NCBI GenBank assembly: GCA_031291595.1
Contig: JARLIU010000221.1
Coordinates: 12,558 to 76,557, forward strand
Direction of reading: 5' to 3'
Source of the DNA: Ancalomicrobiaceae bacterium
GTDB taxonomy: Bacteria > Pseudomonadota > Alphaproteobacteria > Rhizobiales > Ancalomicrobiaceae
DNA: 64,000 nucleotides
A program made the position numbers and the translations under genes. The notes below the pieces were generated by a model. It worked only from the letters and a program-made list of their open reading frames with translations. It had not been told where the DNA came from and did not search any database. Shown here in pieces: positions 17,593 through 24,788 of this stretch; position 1 is the first letter of the stretch; every line of letters begins with the position of its first letter.

Positions 17593-17954
17593 AAGGCCGG
17601 AACGTCATTCCTCATCCGAATTCGATCCACCGCGATCAACCGATCCGTTTGGCGCTCGCGGCTCAGATTGCGTTTCCGGATGGCACGATGACGGTATCCG
17701 GCTTGCGACGGGAGCGCGACGCTGGCAGGCTCGTCGTGGAACGCGTCGCCGGCAAGGACTACACTACGCTCGCCGCGATCGACGACATGAGGCGACAATG
17801 CCGCGTAAATCCAAAGGAGCGCGTCTCTGGCTGCGGCCAGAACGGTTCGACCGGGACGGCCGGCGGATCTCCAATGCACTCTGGATCATCGTCGACGGCG
17901 GACGGCAGTATCCCACGGGATGCGCTGAGGGCGAAATTGGCCGAGCTGAGCTAG
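17589..17954 (+). CDS. putative excisionase/DNA-binding protein upstream of integrase (GTG start)
   Basis: PIRLALAAQIAFPDGTMTVSGLRRERDAGRLVVERVAGKDYTTLAAIDDMRRQCR is the type of small protein that precedes integrases in Rhizobiales islands (recognition from memory). The frame stays open 157 nt into the integrase gene. Confidence 0.55.
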   Translation: MKGRNVIPHPNSIHRDQPIRLALAAQIAFPDGTMTVSGLRRERDAGRLVVERVAGKDYTTLAAIDDMRRQCRVNPKERVSGCGQNGSTGTAGGSPMHSGSSSTADGSIPRDALRAKLAELS

Positions 17955-19021
17955 CGTTGCAGCGGCATATCACCGCAAAGCACGAGCCCCAACGCATAGA
18001 ACGGGCGCTCCACGAAACCAGAATCGCCGACGTCCTTTCGATCTATATCGACGATTGCCGGCCGAGCGGAGACGCCACAGCCCTAAAGCGCTTCAAGGGG
18101 CGCATCAACCGCCTGAACGAATTCTTCGGCTCCAAGATGCTCGCCGAGGTCAACGGACAGCTGTGCCGCTCATATGTGGCCGAGCGCGGCTCCCCCGGGG
18201 GCGCCAGGCGCGATCTTGAAGACCTTCGCGCGGCGATCAATCACCACCAGTCCGAAGGCCTGCATCGCGGCGTGGTCGCCGTTCCGCTGCCGGAAAAAGG
18301 ACCCTCTCGGACGCGCTGGTTGACTCGGGACGAAGCCGCGGCGCTCCTCTGGGCTTGCTGGCGAACCAAGGAAGTTCAGACCATCCATCGCGGCGGCCGC
18401 CTCGGCGAACCGACGGTCACGCGGAAATATCCGCTCCGCCATATCGCGCGGTTCATCCTGCTCGGGCTCTACACAGGCACGCGCGCCGGCGCGATTGCTT
18501 CGGCGAGCGCATCGCGAGGGCAGGGGCGATCATGGGTCGACCTCGAGCGCGGCATCTTTTATCGCCTCGCCGAAGGAAAGGCCGAGACCAAGAAGAAGCA
18601 GCCGCCCGCGCCGATTCCGCCGCGCCTGCTTGCCCATATGCGCCGATGGGCCAGGCTGGATGCCACTGCCGCAGATGGCAGAGAGGATTCGCCCTATTTC
18701 GTGGAATGGGCCGGCAAGCCGGTTGCCAGCGTGAAGACCGGATTCGGGCGCGCGGCGACGCTTGCCAAGCTCGGAAAGCACGTCACACCGCACACCCTTC
18801 GGCATACCGCCGTGACCTGGCTGATGCAGCTCGGCGTGAGCATTTGGGACGCCGCCGGTTTCGTCGGCATGTCGCCCGAGATGGTGGAAAAGAACTACGG
18901 GCACCACCATCCGGACTATCTTGCTGCACCTGCGAAGGTGATTGGCTACCGGCATGCCGCAGGCGAAAAATTGGTTGTTTCGTTGGAGACGGCCCGCAAG
19001 AGCGGCAAGACGAAATCATAA
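17798..19021 (+). CDS. int: tyrosine-type site-specific integrase
   Basis: Lies within ORF 17513..19021. Start at MPRKSKGARLWLRPERFD. C-terminal catalytic text HVTPHTLRHTAVTWLMQLGVSIWDAAGFVGMSPEMVEKNYGHHHPDY (R..H..R..Y region). It ends 24 nt from the tRNA. Confidence 0.9.
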   Translation: MPRKSKGARLWLRPERFDRDGRRISNALWIIVDGGRQYPTGCAEGEIGRAELALQRHITAKHEPQRIERALHETRIADVLSIYIDDCRPSGDATALKRFKGRINRLNEFFGSKMLAEVNGQLCRSYVAERGSPGGARRDLEDLRAAINHHQSEGLHRGVVAVPLPEKGPSRTRWLTRDEAAALLWACWRTKEVQTIHRGGRLGEPTVTRKYPLRHIARFILLGLYTGTRAGAIASASASRGQGRSWVDLERGIFYRLAEGKAETKKKQPPAPIPPRLLAHMRRWARLDATAADGREDSPYFVEWAGKPVASVKTGFGRAATLAKLGKHVTPHTLRHTAVTWLMQLGVSIWDAAGFVGMSPEMVEKNYGHHHPDYLAAPAKVIGYRHAAGEKLVVSLETARKSGKTKS

Positions 19022-19045
19022 CACATTGGTGTTTAAGATAAATTT

Positions 19046-19121
19046 TGGTGGGCCCGGCCGGACTCGAACCAGCAACCAGACCGTTATGAGCGGCCAGCTC
19101 TAACCATTGAGCTACGGGCCC
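19046..19121 (-). tRNA. tRNA with CAU anticodon (Met by anticodon; acceptor stem suggests tRNA-Ile2/lysidine type)
   Basis: The reverse complement GGGCCCGTAGCTCAATGGTTAGAGCTGGCCGCTCATAACGGTCTGGTTGCTGGTTCGAGTCCGGCCGGGCCCACCA folds by hand into a 76-nt cloverleaf (7-bp acceptor, 4-bp D, 5-bp anticodon stem, CTCATAA loop, 5-bp T stem, encoded CCA). Confidence 0.9.
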
Positions 19122-19760
19122 TGACGAAGGCAGAGCGGCGAATCCGGCGAAAAGCGGCGATCGCCTCGCCCGGTGCCTCGGCGCGGTGGCAAGCAGATGC
19201 CCCGAGACGGGCGGTCCGTCAAGCGGTTTGGGCAAAGATCGGCCCCACCGTACGGGCGCGGGGTCGTGACACCGAGACGCCGGACGAAGCCGGTCCCAAG
19301 GCATCGCCGGCAGCGGCAGGCGGCCGGCGCGAGCAGGCGGACGGGACCAAAAGCCCAGGAAATCTGCCGCATTGCCGCCCAAATTGGGGTTAGCCGCGGC
19401 TTAACGCCGGCCGAAATCGCAATAGGGGTTTTCCCGAAAGAATCAGCATTTCAGTCGTTTGCGCCCGGTCGAGCGCAGCGGCAACGCCACGTCGCTTTTC
19501 CAACATGTTTTGCCGGCAACTGTTTAGGGCCCGGCGCACTTGTGCCGATCGGTGGGAAATCAATCCCCGATCGCACGACGACGGGCGACGCCAGCAACCA
19601 CCCTCGCGGGCGCCAACGTCCCCGTGATCAGTCGCATGGAGGATGATCCGGCCCGGCCGCGATCCCAAACGGAGGTAGGCCCATATCGTTCGAACAAATC
19701 ACCGGTCTGCGCGCGCTGCAGGCGCGTTGTGCGCTCATTGCGGGCATCGGCCTCGGGCTG

Positions 19761-20138
19761 ATGACGATTGACGCCGGCGACGCCATGGCGCACGGCCCGC
19801 GCCATTCAAACGTCCGACCCGCCAAGCACAATCATCCGGCGCCCCCCGCCACGGCGATGGAAGGCTACGCCTCCTTCTACGGGCAGGAGCATCACGGCAG
19901 CCAGACCGCCAGCGGCGAACGGTTCAACATGCATGCCATGACGGCGGCGCACCGGACGCTACCCATCGGGACCTGGGTGAAGGTCACCAATCTGCTCAAC
20001 GGCAAGAGCGTCGTAGTTCGCATCAATGATCGGGGCCCGTTCGTGCGCGGTCGCATCCTCGACGTGTCGCGCAATGCGGCTGTCGAACTCGATTTCATCG
20101 CCCGCGGCGTCACCCGCGTCCGCATCGAGCGGGTGTGA
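19761..20138 (+). CDS. RlpA-like (septal ring lytic transglycosylase family) DPBB-domain protein
   Basis: [73 protein letters not shown] is the RlpA double-psi beta-barrel signature. The N-terminus is probably longer than the first ATG suggests (see findings). Confidence 0.8.
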   Translation: MTIDAGDAMAHGPRHSNVRPAKHNHPAPPATAMEGYASFYGQEHHGSQTASGERFNMHAMTAAHRTLPIGTWVKVTNLLNGKSVVVRINDRGPFVRGRILDVSRNAAVELDFIARGVTRVRIERV

Positions 20139-20189
20139 GCACCGCCAGCTCCCGAAACCCCGGACATGAGACAGCCCGCCCGGGCAACC

Positions 20190-20209
20190 CCGAGGCGGCC
20201 TTCGGTTTT
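20190..20209 (+). terminator. probable intrinsic terminator after the rlpA-like gene
   Basis: CCGAGG-CGGC-CTTCGG hairpin (one G-U pair) followed by TTTT, 52 nt after the stop. Confidence 0.45.
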
Positions 20210-20264
20210 CCAGGGGCCCCGTGCGGCACATGTTGGCGGGCTGGCCCGCTGCCCGGCCGCCGGC

Positions 20265-21104
20265 CTATTGCGCGGCGGTGGCCGACAGCTTGCTCCCGGT
20301 GGGGCGATGGGCGAAAGCCCGCGAGATCAGCGTCATGGCCGCCAACACCGCAACATAGGCGACGACCTCCATGCCGGTCGGCCGGTCGACGTAACCGATG
20401 AGCGTGTGCAGCACGCGACCGGCAATGGATGAATCGGTCAGCAGCCAGGACGTATCCCACACCGTGTCGGTCATCAGCGTGATGACGTCTGCCTGCTCGA
20501 GGAAGGCCACGGCCTGGGCGGCCATGCCGGCGGCGAGGAAAGTGATCAGCATACCGGTGACGGCGAACAGGTAGCGCGTCGGGATCGCCACGAGGCCGAG
20601 ATAGGTGAAGGCGCTCAAGCCGGCGCCGAGCGCCAGACCGAGGAAGCCGCCGGTGATCTGCGCCGCCACCGTGTCGTGTCCGGACAGCGCCACGCCGTAG
20701 AGGAACAGAACCACCTCCGAGCCTTCGCGCAACACCGCGATGCCGACAACGACGGCAAGCGCGGCGAGCGAGCGCGAGCCTCGCGCCACATCCTTGCCGA
20801 CCGTCTGGATCTCGGCGGCGATCTCGCGGCCGTGCCGGGCCATCCAGACGTTATGCCAGGTCAGCATCAGCACCGCAGTGGTCAGCACCGCGGCGTTGAA
20901 CAACTCCTGGCCGATGCCTTCGAGCGCCGCGGCGAGCGTGCCGGCAAAGATCGCCAGCAGCAGTGCGCCGGCAACGCCCAGGAAGATGCCGCCGAGGATC
21001 CAGGGCATGCGGCCGGCGAGCCCCCGCGTCACCGACAGAACGATGCCGACGACGAGGCCCGCCTCGATGACTTCGCGAAAGACGATGATGAGGGTTCCGA
21101 GCAT
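20265..21104 (-). CDS. FTR1-family high-affinity iron permease (EfeU-like)
   Basis: Two REXXE motifs (REVIEAG at the N-terminus, REGSEVV mid-protein) in a 7-TM-like text. Confidence 0.85.
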   Translation of the reverse strand: MLGTLIIVFREVIEAGLVVGIVLSVTRGLAGRMPWILGGIFLGVAGALLLAIFAGTLAAALEGIGQELFNAAVLTTAVLMLTWHNVWMARHGREIAAEIQTVGKDVARGSRSLAALAVVVGIAVLREGSEVVLFLYGVALSGHDTVAAQITGGFLGLALGAGLSAFTYLGLVAIPTRYLFAVTGMLITFLAAGMAAQAVAFLEQADVITLMTDTVWDTSWLLTDSSIAGRVLHTLIGYVDRPTGMEVVAYVAVLAAMTLISRAFAHRPTGSKLSATAAQ

Positions 21105-21115
21105 TCCCCTGCCCC

Positions 21116-21577
21116 TTACTTGGCGATCAAAACGCCCTTGGCGGTCGCATCGTGGTATTCGCCATCGAATTTATAGGAGCCTGGCTTTAGCGGTTTGATA
21201 TGGATCGTGCCGCTCGATTTGGCGGCGATCACCTTCTCGACATGCAAATCGTCGCTGTCGAATTCCTCGGCGGTAGCGTCCTCGTTCGTCACCTCGATGC
21301 TGAAGGCTTTGCCCGCGGGCACGGTCAGCTCGGCCGGGATGAAGACGTGATCCTTCAGCGTCAGCGCCAGCTTGTCCTCGGCACGCGCGCCCGACGGCAT
21401 CAGGCCCGTGGCAGCCAGGCCCAACACCAAGGCAGCAATCCGAGTGGAATTACGCAAGACCAACGGCCAGGACAGAGCAGCAGACAGTTGGAAGCGGCGG
21501 CCGCGAGGCTGCGGAACAATCGTCCGGCCGGCACCTGCAGGTGCCAATCGCGCAAATCTCGTCATTGTTGGCTCCAA
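21116..21577 (-). CDS. periplasmic cupredoxin-like protein partnered with the FTR1 permease
   Basis: C-terminal text LTLKDHVFIPAELTVPAGKAFSIEVTNEDATAEEFDSDDLHVEKVIAAKSSGTIHIKPLKPGSYKFDGEYH. Signal-peptide-like IAALVLGLAATGLMPSGARA. The start is uncertain (ATGs at 21577/21565, or an internal TTG). Confidence 0.7.
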   Translation of the reverse strand: MEPTMTRFARLAPAGAGRTIVPQPRGRRFQLSAALSWPLVLRNSTRIAALVLGLAATGLMPSGARAEDKLALTLKDHVFIPAELTVPAGKAFSIEVTNEDATAEEFDSDDLHVEKVIAAKSSGTIHIKPLKPGSYKFDGEYHDATAKGVLIAK

Positions 21578-21835
21578 TCGGCAGGAGTAAAGGTCCTGCC
21601 ATCGGGACTACGGGAGTGGAACGGCGGTCCTGCTCGTTTCTACAGAGCGGCTCGGCGCTGCTCAATTGCTATCTTTTAGAGCTTTTACAAGGGGGCGACC
21701 ACAAGTCGGCGATGTCGGCCAGCGCTGCGGATCGCATGCCGGCCGGATTGCATGCCGGGGCGGGGGTGCGCTTGCTCTTGCAGGCGCGGGCTGGCACCTT
21801 CCGAACCCGAATTCACACGAATTGGGGAGGGGCGG

Positions 21836-22714
21836 ATGAGCGCCAAGGTCTATACGGTCGTCGAGGCGCGGAACCTGCTCGGCGAGGGCATCGTCTGGGA
21901 CGGCGTGGCAGAGCAGGTGCTGTGGACCGACATCCACGGCAAGGCGCTGTGGAGCTATGAACCGGCCAGTGGCGAAGCTCTCAGCCGCGCATTGCCGGAG
22001 CGGCTCGCCTGTTTCGCGCCGCTCGCCGGCGGCAGGATTGCCGCCGGTTTCGTCGGCGGCGTCAGGCGCTACGATCCGCGCTCCGGGGTCGGCTCCGAGT
22101 TTGTGCCCGTCGAGGACGACATCCCCGCCACCCGGCTCAACGACGGCAAGCTTGATCGCGCCGGCCGGCTGGTATTCGGCACGATGGACGAGGGCAATGG
22201 CGAGACCCAGCCGATCGGCGCGGTGTGGTCGTGGGACGGCATGCGCGCGCCGAGGAAGTTGTTCGGCGGCGTCATCGTGACCAATTCCATCGCGTTTTCG
22301 CCGGAAGGCGACCGCATGTATTTTGCCGATTCCCCGACGCGCACTATTTGGGTGTTCGACTACGATGTCACCACCGGCGAGCCGTCGAACCGGCGGGTGT
22401 TTGCCCAGACCAGCGGCAGTTATCCGGACGGGTCCTGCGTCGATGCCGACGGCTGCCTGTGGAACGCCGAATGGGACGGGTCCTGCGTCACCCGCTATAC
22501 GCCGGAAGGCCGCATCGACCGCAAGATCGCGCTGCCGGTCAGCCGGCCGACCTGTCCGGCCTTCGGCGGACCGGAGCAGGACGTGCTCTACCTCACGTCG
22601 GCACGGATCGGACTCGACGCGGTGCGGCTGGCGGAGGAACCGCTCGCCGGCAGCCTGTTCGCGGTTCGGCCCGGCGTGACCGGGCTCGAAGATGCGCGCT
22701 TTGCCGGGGAATAG
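21836..22714 (+). CDS. SMP-30/gluconolactonase/LRE-family (regucalcin-like) hydrolase
   Basis: Lies within ORF 21752..22714. Start at MSAKVYTVVEARNLLGEGIVWD with a GGGGAGGGG RBS. Motifs NDGKLDRAGRLVFGTM, PDGSCVDADGCLWNA, LYLTSAR. Confidence 0.85.
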   Translation: MSAKVYTVVEARNLLGEGIVWDGVAEQVLWTDIHGKALWSYEPASGEALSRALPERLACFAPLAGGRIAAGFVGGVRRYDPRSGVGSEFVPVEDDIPATRLNDGKLDRAGRLVFGTMDEGNGETQPIGAVWSWDGMRAPRKLFGGVIVTNSIAFSPEGDRMYFADSPTRTIWVFDYDVTTGEPSNRRVFAQTSGSYPDGSCVDADGCLWNAEWDGSCVTRYTPEGRIDRKIALPVSRPTCPAFGGPEQDVLYLTSARIGLDAVRLAEEPLAGSLFAVRPGVTGLEDARFAGE

Positions 22715-22777
22715 GGCAAAGGGCGCATAGCCCGCGGCCGCGTACGCGTCTGCCGGATGCCCGGCAGGCGTTCGGCC

Positions 22778-22867
22778 AAAAAAAAGACCGCTGACGGTTG
22801 CCAGCGGCCCAAGTCTAGGGAGGAAACGCCCAAGGAGGGCTATGGCGCGCTGAACAGCAGCGCCATG
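22778..22867 (-). ncRNA. candidate trans-acting sRNA (~90 nt) with CCUCC motifs
   Basis: Minus strand: CTTGAT (22902-22897), 17-nt spacer, TATATT (22879-22874). The predicted transcript is GGGCAUGGCGCUGCUGUUCAGCGCGCCAUAGCCCUCCUUGGGCGUUUCCUCCCUAGACUUGGGCCGCUGGCAACCGUCAGCGGUCUUUUUUUU. It has a 5' hairpin, a single-stranded CCUCC-rich middle, and a terminator hairpin with 8 U. No credible CDS is present on this strand. Confidence 0.45.
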
Positions 22868-23218
22868 CCCACCAATATAAATTCGCAGCGCAGCAAATCA
22901 AGCTGAAATGTTAGTTTGGCCTCCCCGAAAATGTGAACGAGGCATGCGAAAAATGCATCGCACTGGGATGGGCCCGACAAATGTGGGGGCTGAGTGTGCC
23001 CTTCGTCGAAAAACCGGCAGATCGTATTGTGAATTTCGCATGGCGGACGGGCGAGTGCGTCGCAGCGGGAGTAAGCAGATCGCCGAATAGGCCGGGATCG
23101 GCGGATGCGCCGATGTGTTCGCCTCAAGCGGGACAGAGTGCTAAACAGCGACCCGCACCAGCCCGACCGGCAGCCAAGCCCGCCAGGCTGGCATATTGGG
23201 CGCGTGCGAGGGGGAGCG

Positions 23219-23422
23219 ATGAGCGACAGGGGACCGGACCGGCGCCGCAGGCGGAAAAGCCAGGAGGGCGGCGTGCCGCTATGGGTCACCGGGCTGTTCG
23301 TCGCGGCGCTCATCATCACCATGGTCTGGGTGATCGACCGTTTCAGCGCATACGACAAGCTGCAGCGCTGCGTCACCGCCGGGCATCGCGATTGCGGCGG
23401 CGAACTCAATCTGCCGAAATGA
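23219..23422 (+). CDS. small membrane protein (67 aa)
   Basis: MSDRGPDRRRRRKSQEGGVPLWVTGLFVAALIITMVWVIDRF: basic N-terminus, then one TM, then 2 Cys. GAGGGGGA RBS. Confidence 0.55.
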   Translation: MSDRGPDRRRRRKSQEGGVPLWVTGLFVAALIITMVWVIDRFSAYDKLQRCVTAGHRDCGGELNLPK

Positions 23423-23521
23423 CGACGGCTGGCGACGGGCAGCCGGCCGCGAGCATCGGATGACGGATGGAGCCGGATGCGCTATCGAAACAGTTCCTCC
23501 CGGTCCCACAGAGACGATCCG

Positions 23522-24628
23522 ATGTCGCCCCGCTTCACCGATCTCGTTGCCCATTTGCCGGCCAGCGTGCCGTTCGTCGGTCCCGAAACGCAGGAGCGGG
23601 CACGCGGCCGACGGTTCAGGGCCCGCATCGGCGCCAACGAGAACGGCTTCGGGCCGTCGCCCCTGGCGATCGAGGCGATGCGTCGGGCTGCGGCCGACAT
23701 CTGGAAATACGCCGATCCGGAAAACCATGAATTGCGCGAGGCAATCGCCGCGCGGCACGGCGTCCGTCTCGACAACGTCGTCGTCGGCGAGGGGATCGAC
23801 GGGCTGCTGGGGCTCGCCGTGCGGCTGGTGGTTGCGCCGGGAACGAAGGTCGTGACCTCCCTCGGCGCCTACCCGACCTTCAACTTCCATGTCGCCGGCT
23901 TCGGCGGCGACCTCGTCCGCGTGCCCTACGCGCATGATCGCGAAGACTGGCGCGGGCTGCTCGATGCGGCGCGCCAATGCGGCGCGGCACTGATCTATCT
24001 TGCCAATCCCGACAATCCGATGGGCACCTGGTGGCCGGCGGCCGACATCGAGGCCATGGCGGCTGCGGTGCCGGAGCGTGCGCTCGTTTGCCTTGACGAG
24101 GCCTACGTCGATTTCATGGACGCGAGCCTGGAGCCGCGGATCGATATCGAGAGCAGCCGCGTCATCCGTTTCCGCACCTTCTCCAAGGCGTTCGGCATGG
24201 CGGGCGCACGCATCGGCTATGCGCTCGGGCCGGCCGGCGTCATGCGGGAATTCGAAAAGATCCGCAACCACTACGGCGTCAATCTGGTCGCCCAGGCCGG
24301 CGCCCTGGCGAGCCTCGGCGATGCCGGCCATCTGCCGCGCATCCGCTCGGCAGTCGCGGCGGCGCGGGACCGCATCGGGGCGATCGTCGGCACGCACGGG
24401 CTCGCCGTCCTCCCGTCGGCAACCAACTTCGTTGCGGTCGATACCGGCCGCGACGGCGCCTTCGCCCGACGGCTGCTCGATGGGCTTCTCGCCCGCGACG
24501 TGTTCGTGCGCATGCCCGGCGTCGCGCCGCTCGATCGCACCATCCGCATCGGCTGCGGGCTCGACAGCGAACTCGACGTGCCGGCGGCCGAGCTGCCAGC
24601 GGCGCTCGACGCCGCGTGCCAAACCTGA
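23522..24628 (+). CDS. PLP-dependent aminotransferase, histidinol-phosphate aminotransferase (HisC)-like
   Basis: Lies within ORF 23477..24628. Start at MSPRFTDLVAHLPASVPFVGPE. Motifs IGANENGFGPSP, LANPDNPMG, and the PLP-lysine context RTFSKAFGMAGARIGY. Confidence 0.8.
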   Translation: MSPRFTDLVAHLPASVPFVGPETQERARGRRFRARIGANENGFGPSPLAIEAMRRAAADIWKYADPENHELREAIAARHGVRLDNVVVGEGIDGLLGLAVRLVVAPGTKVVTSLGAYPTFNFHVAGFGGDLVRVPYAHDREDWRGLLDAARQCGAALIYLANPDNPMGTWWPAADIEAMAAAVPERALVCLDEAYVDFMDASLEPRIDIESSRVIRFRTFSKAFGMAGARIGYALGPAGVMREFEKIRNHYGVNLVAQAGALASLGDAGHLPRIRSAVAAARDRIGAIVGTHGLAVLPSATNFVAVDTGRDGAFARRLLDGLLARDVFVRMPGVAPLDRTIRIGCGLDSELDVPAAELPAALDAACQT

Positions 24629-24788
24629 CCCGGCGCGGGCCGCGTCTTCGTCCATCCCTGTCGTTGCTGCATGCGTGCCGCCCGCCGCCAAGTCGCCTCT
24701 TTCGGAGGCGCCGGCAATCCCGCACACTGGCGCCCGACAGTCGTCGTCCGCCCGCAGCGGTCGAGCCGGCAGCCGAGAGAGGTAAGGG

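Larger units (their letters stand above)
4868..19092. mobile_element. tRNA-integrated prophage-like island (14,225 bp), apparently defective: integrase + early operon + distal-tail/lysis fragment
   Basis: Perfect 47-bp direct repeats at both ends. A tyrosine integrase ends 24 nt from the tRNA. Phage tail genes (tape measure, RcGTA g12-g15-type) and spanins lie inside. No capsid, terminase, portal, tail-tube or replication genes are recognisable. Confidence 0.85.

Noticed and set aside
4868-19092. A bona fide domesticated gene transfer agent (GTA) cluster
   Set aside because: Only g10.1-g15-type genes are present and there is no head module. The segment is flanked by att repeats with an integrase, and the tape measure is phage-length. 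This is a prophage-derived fragment, not a vertically inherited GTA locus.
21675-21691. Irr iron-control-element-like sequence upstream of the cupredoxin/FTR1 operon
   Set aside because: TTTAGAG-CTT-TTACAAG matches the left half of TTTAGAA-N3-TTCTAAA but only about 4 of 7 positions in the right half. This is too weak without conservation data, though it may be worth checking if Irr/RirA motif scans are run.
23279-24727. 482-aa minus-strand ORF opposite the aminotransferase gene
   Set aside because: Shadow ORF. The plus-strand frame carries clear PLP-aminotransferase motifs, while this frame is Arg/Asp/Gly-rich noise.
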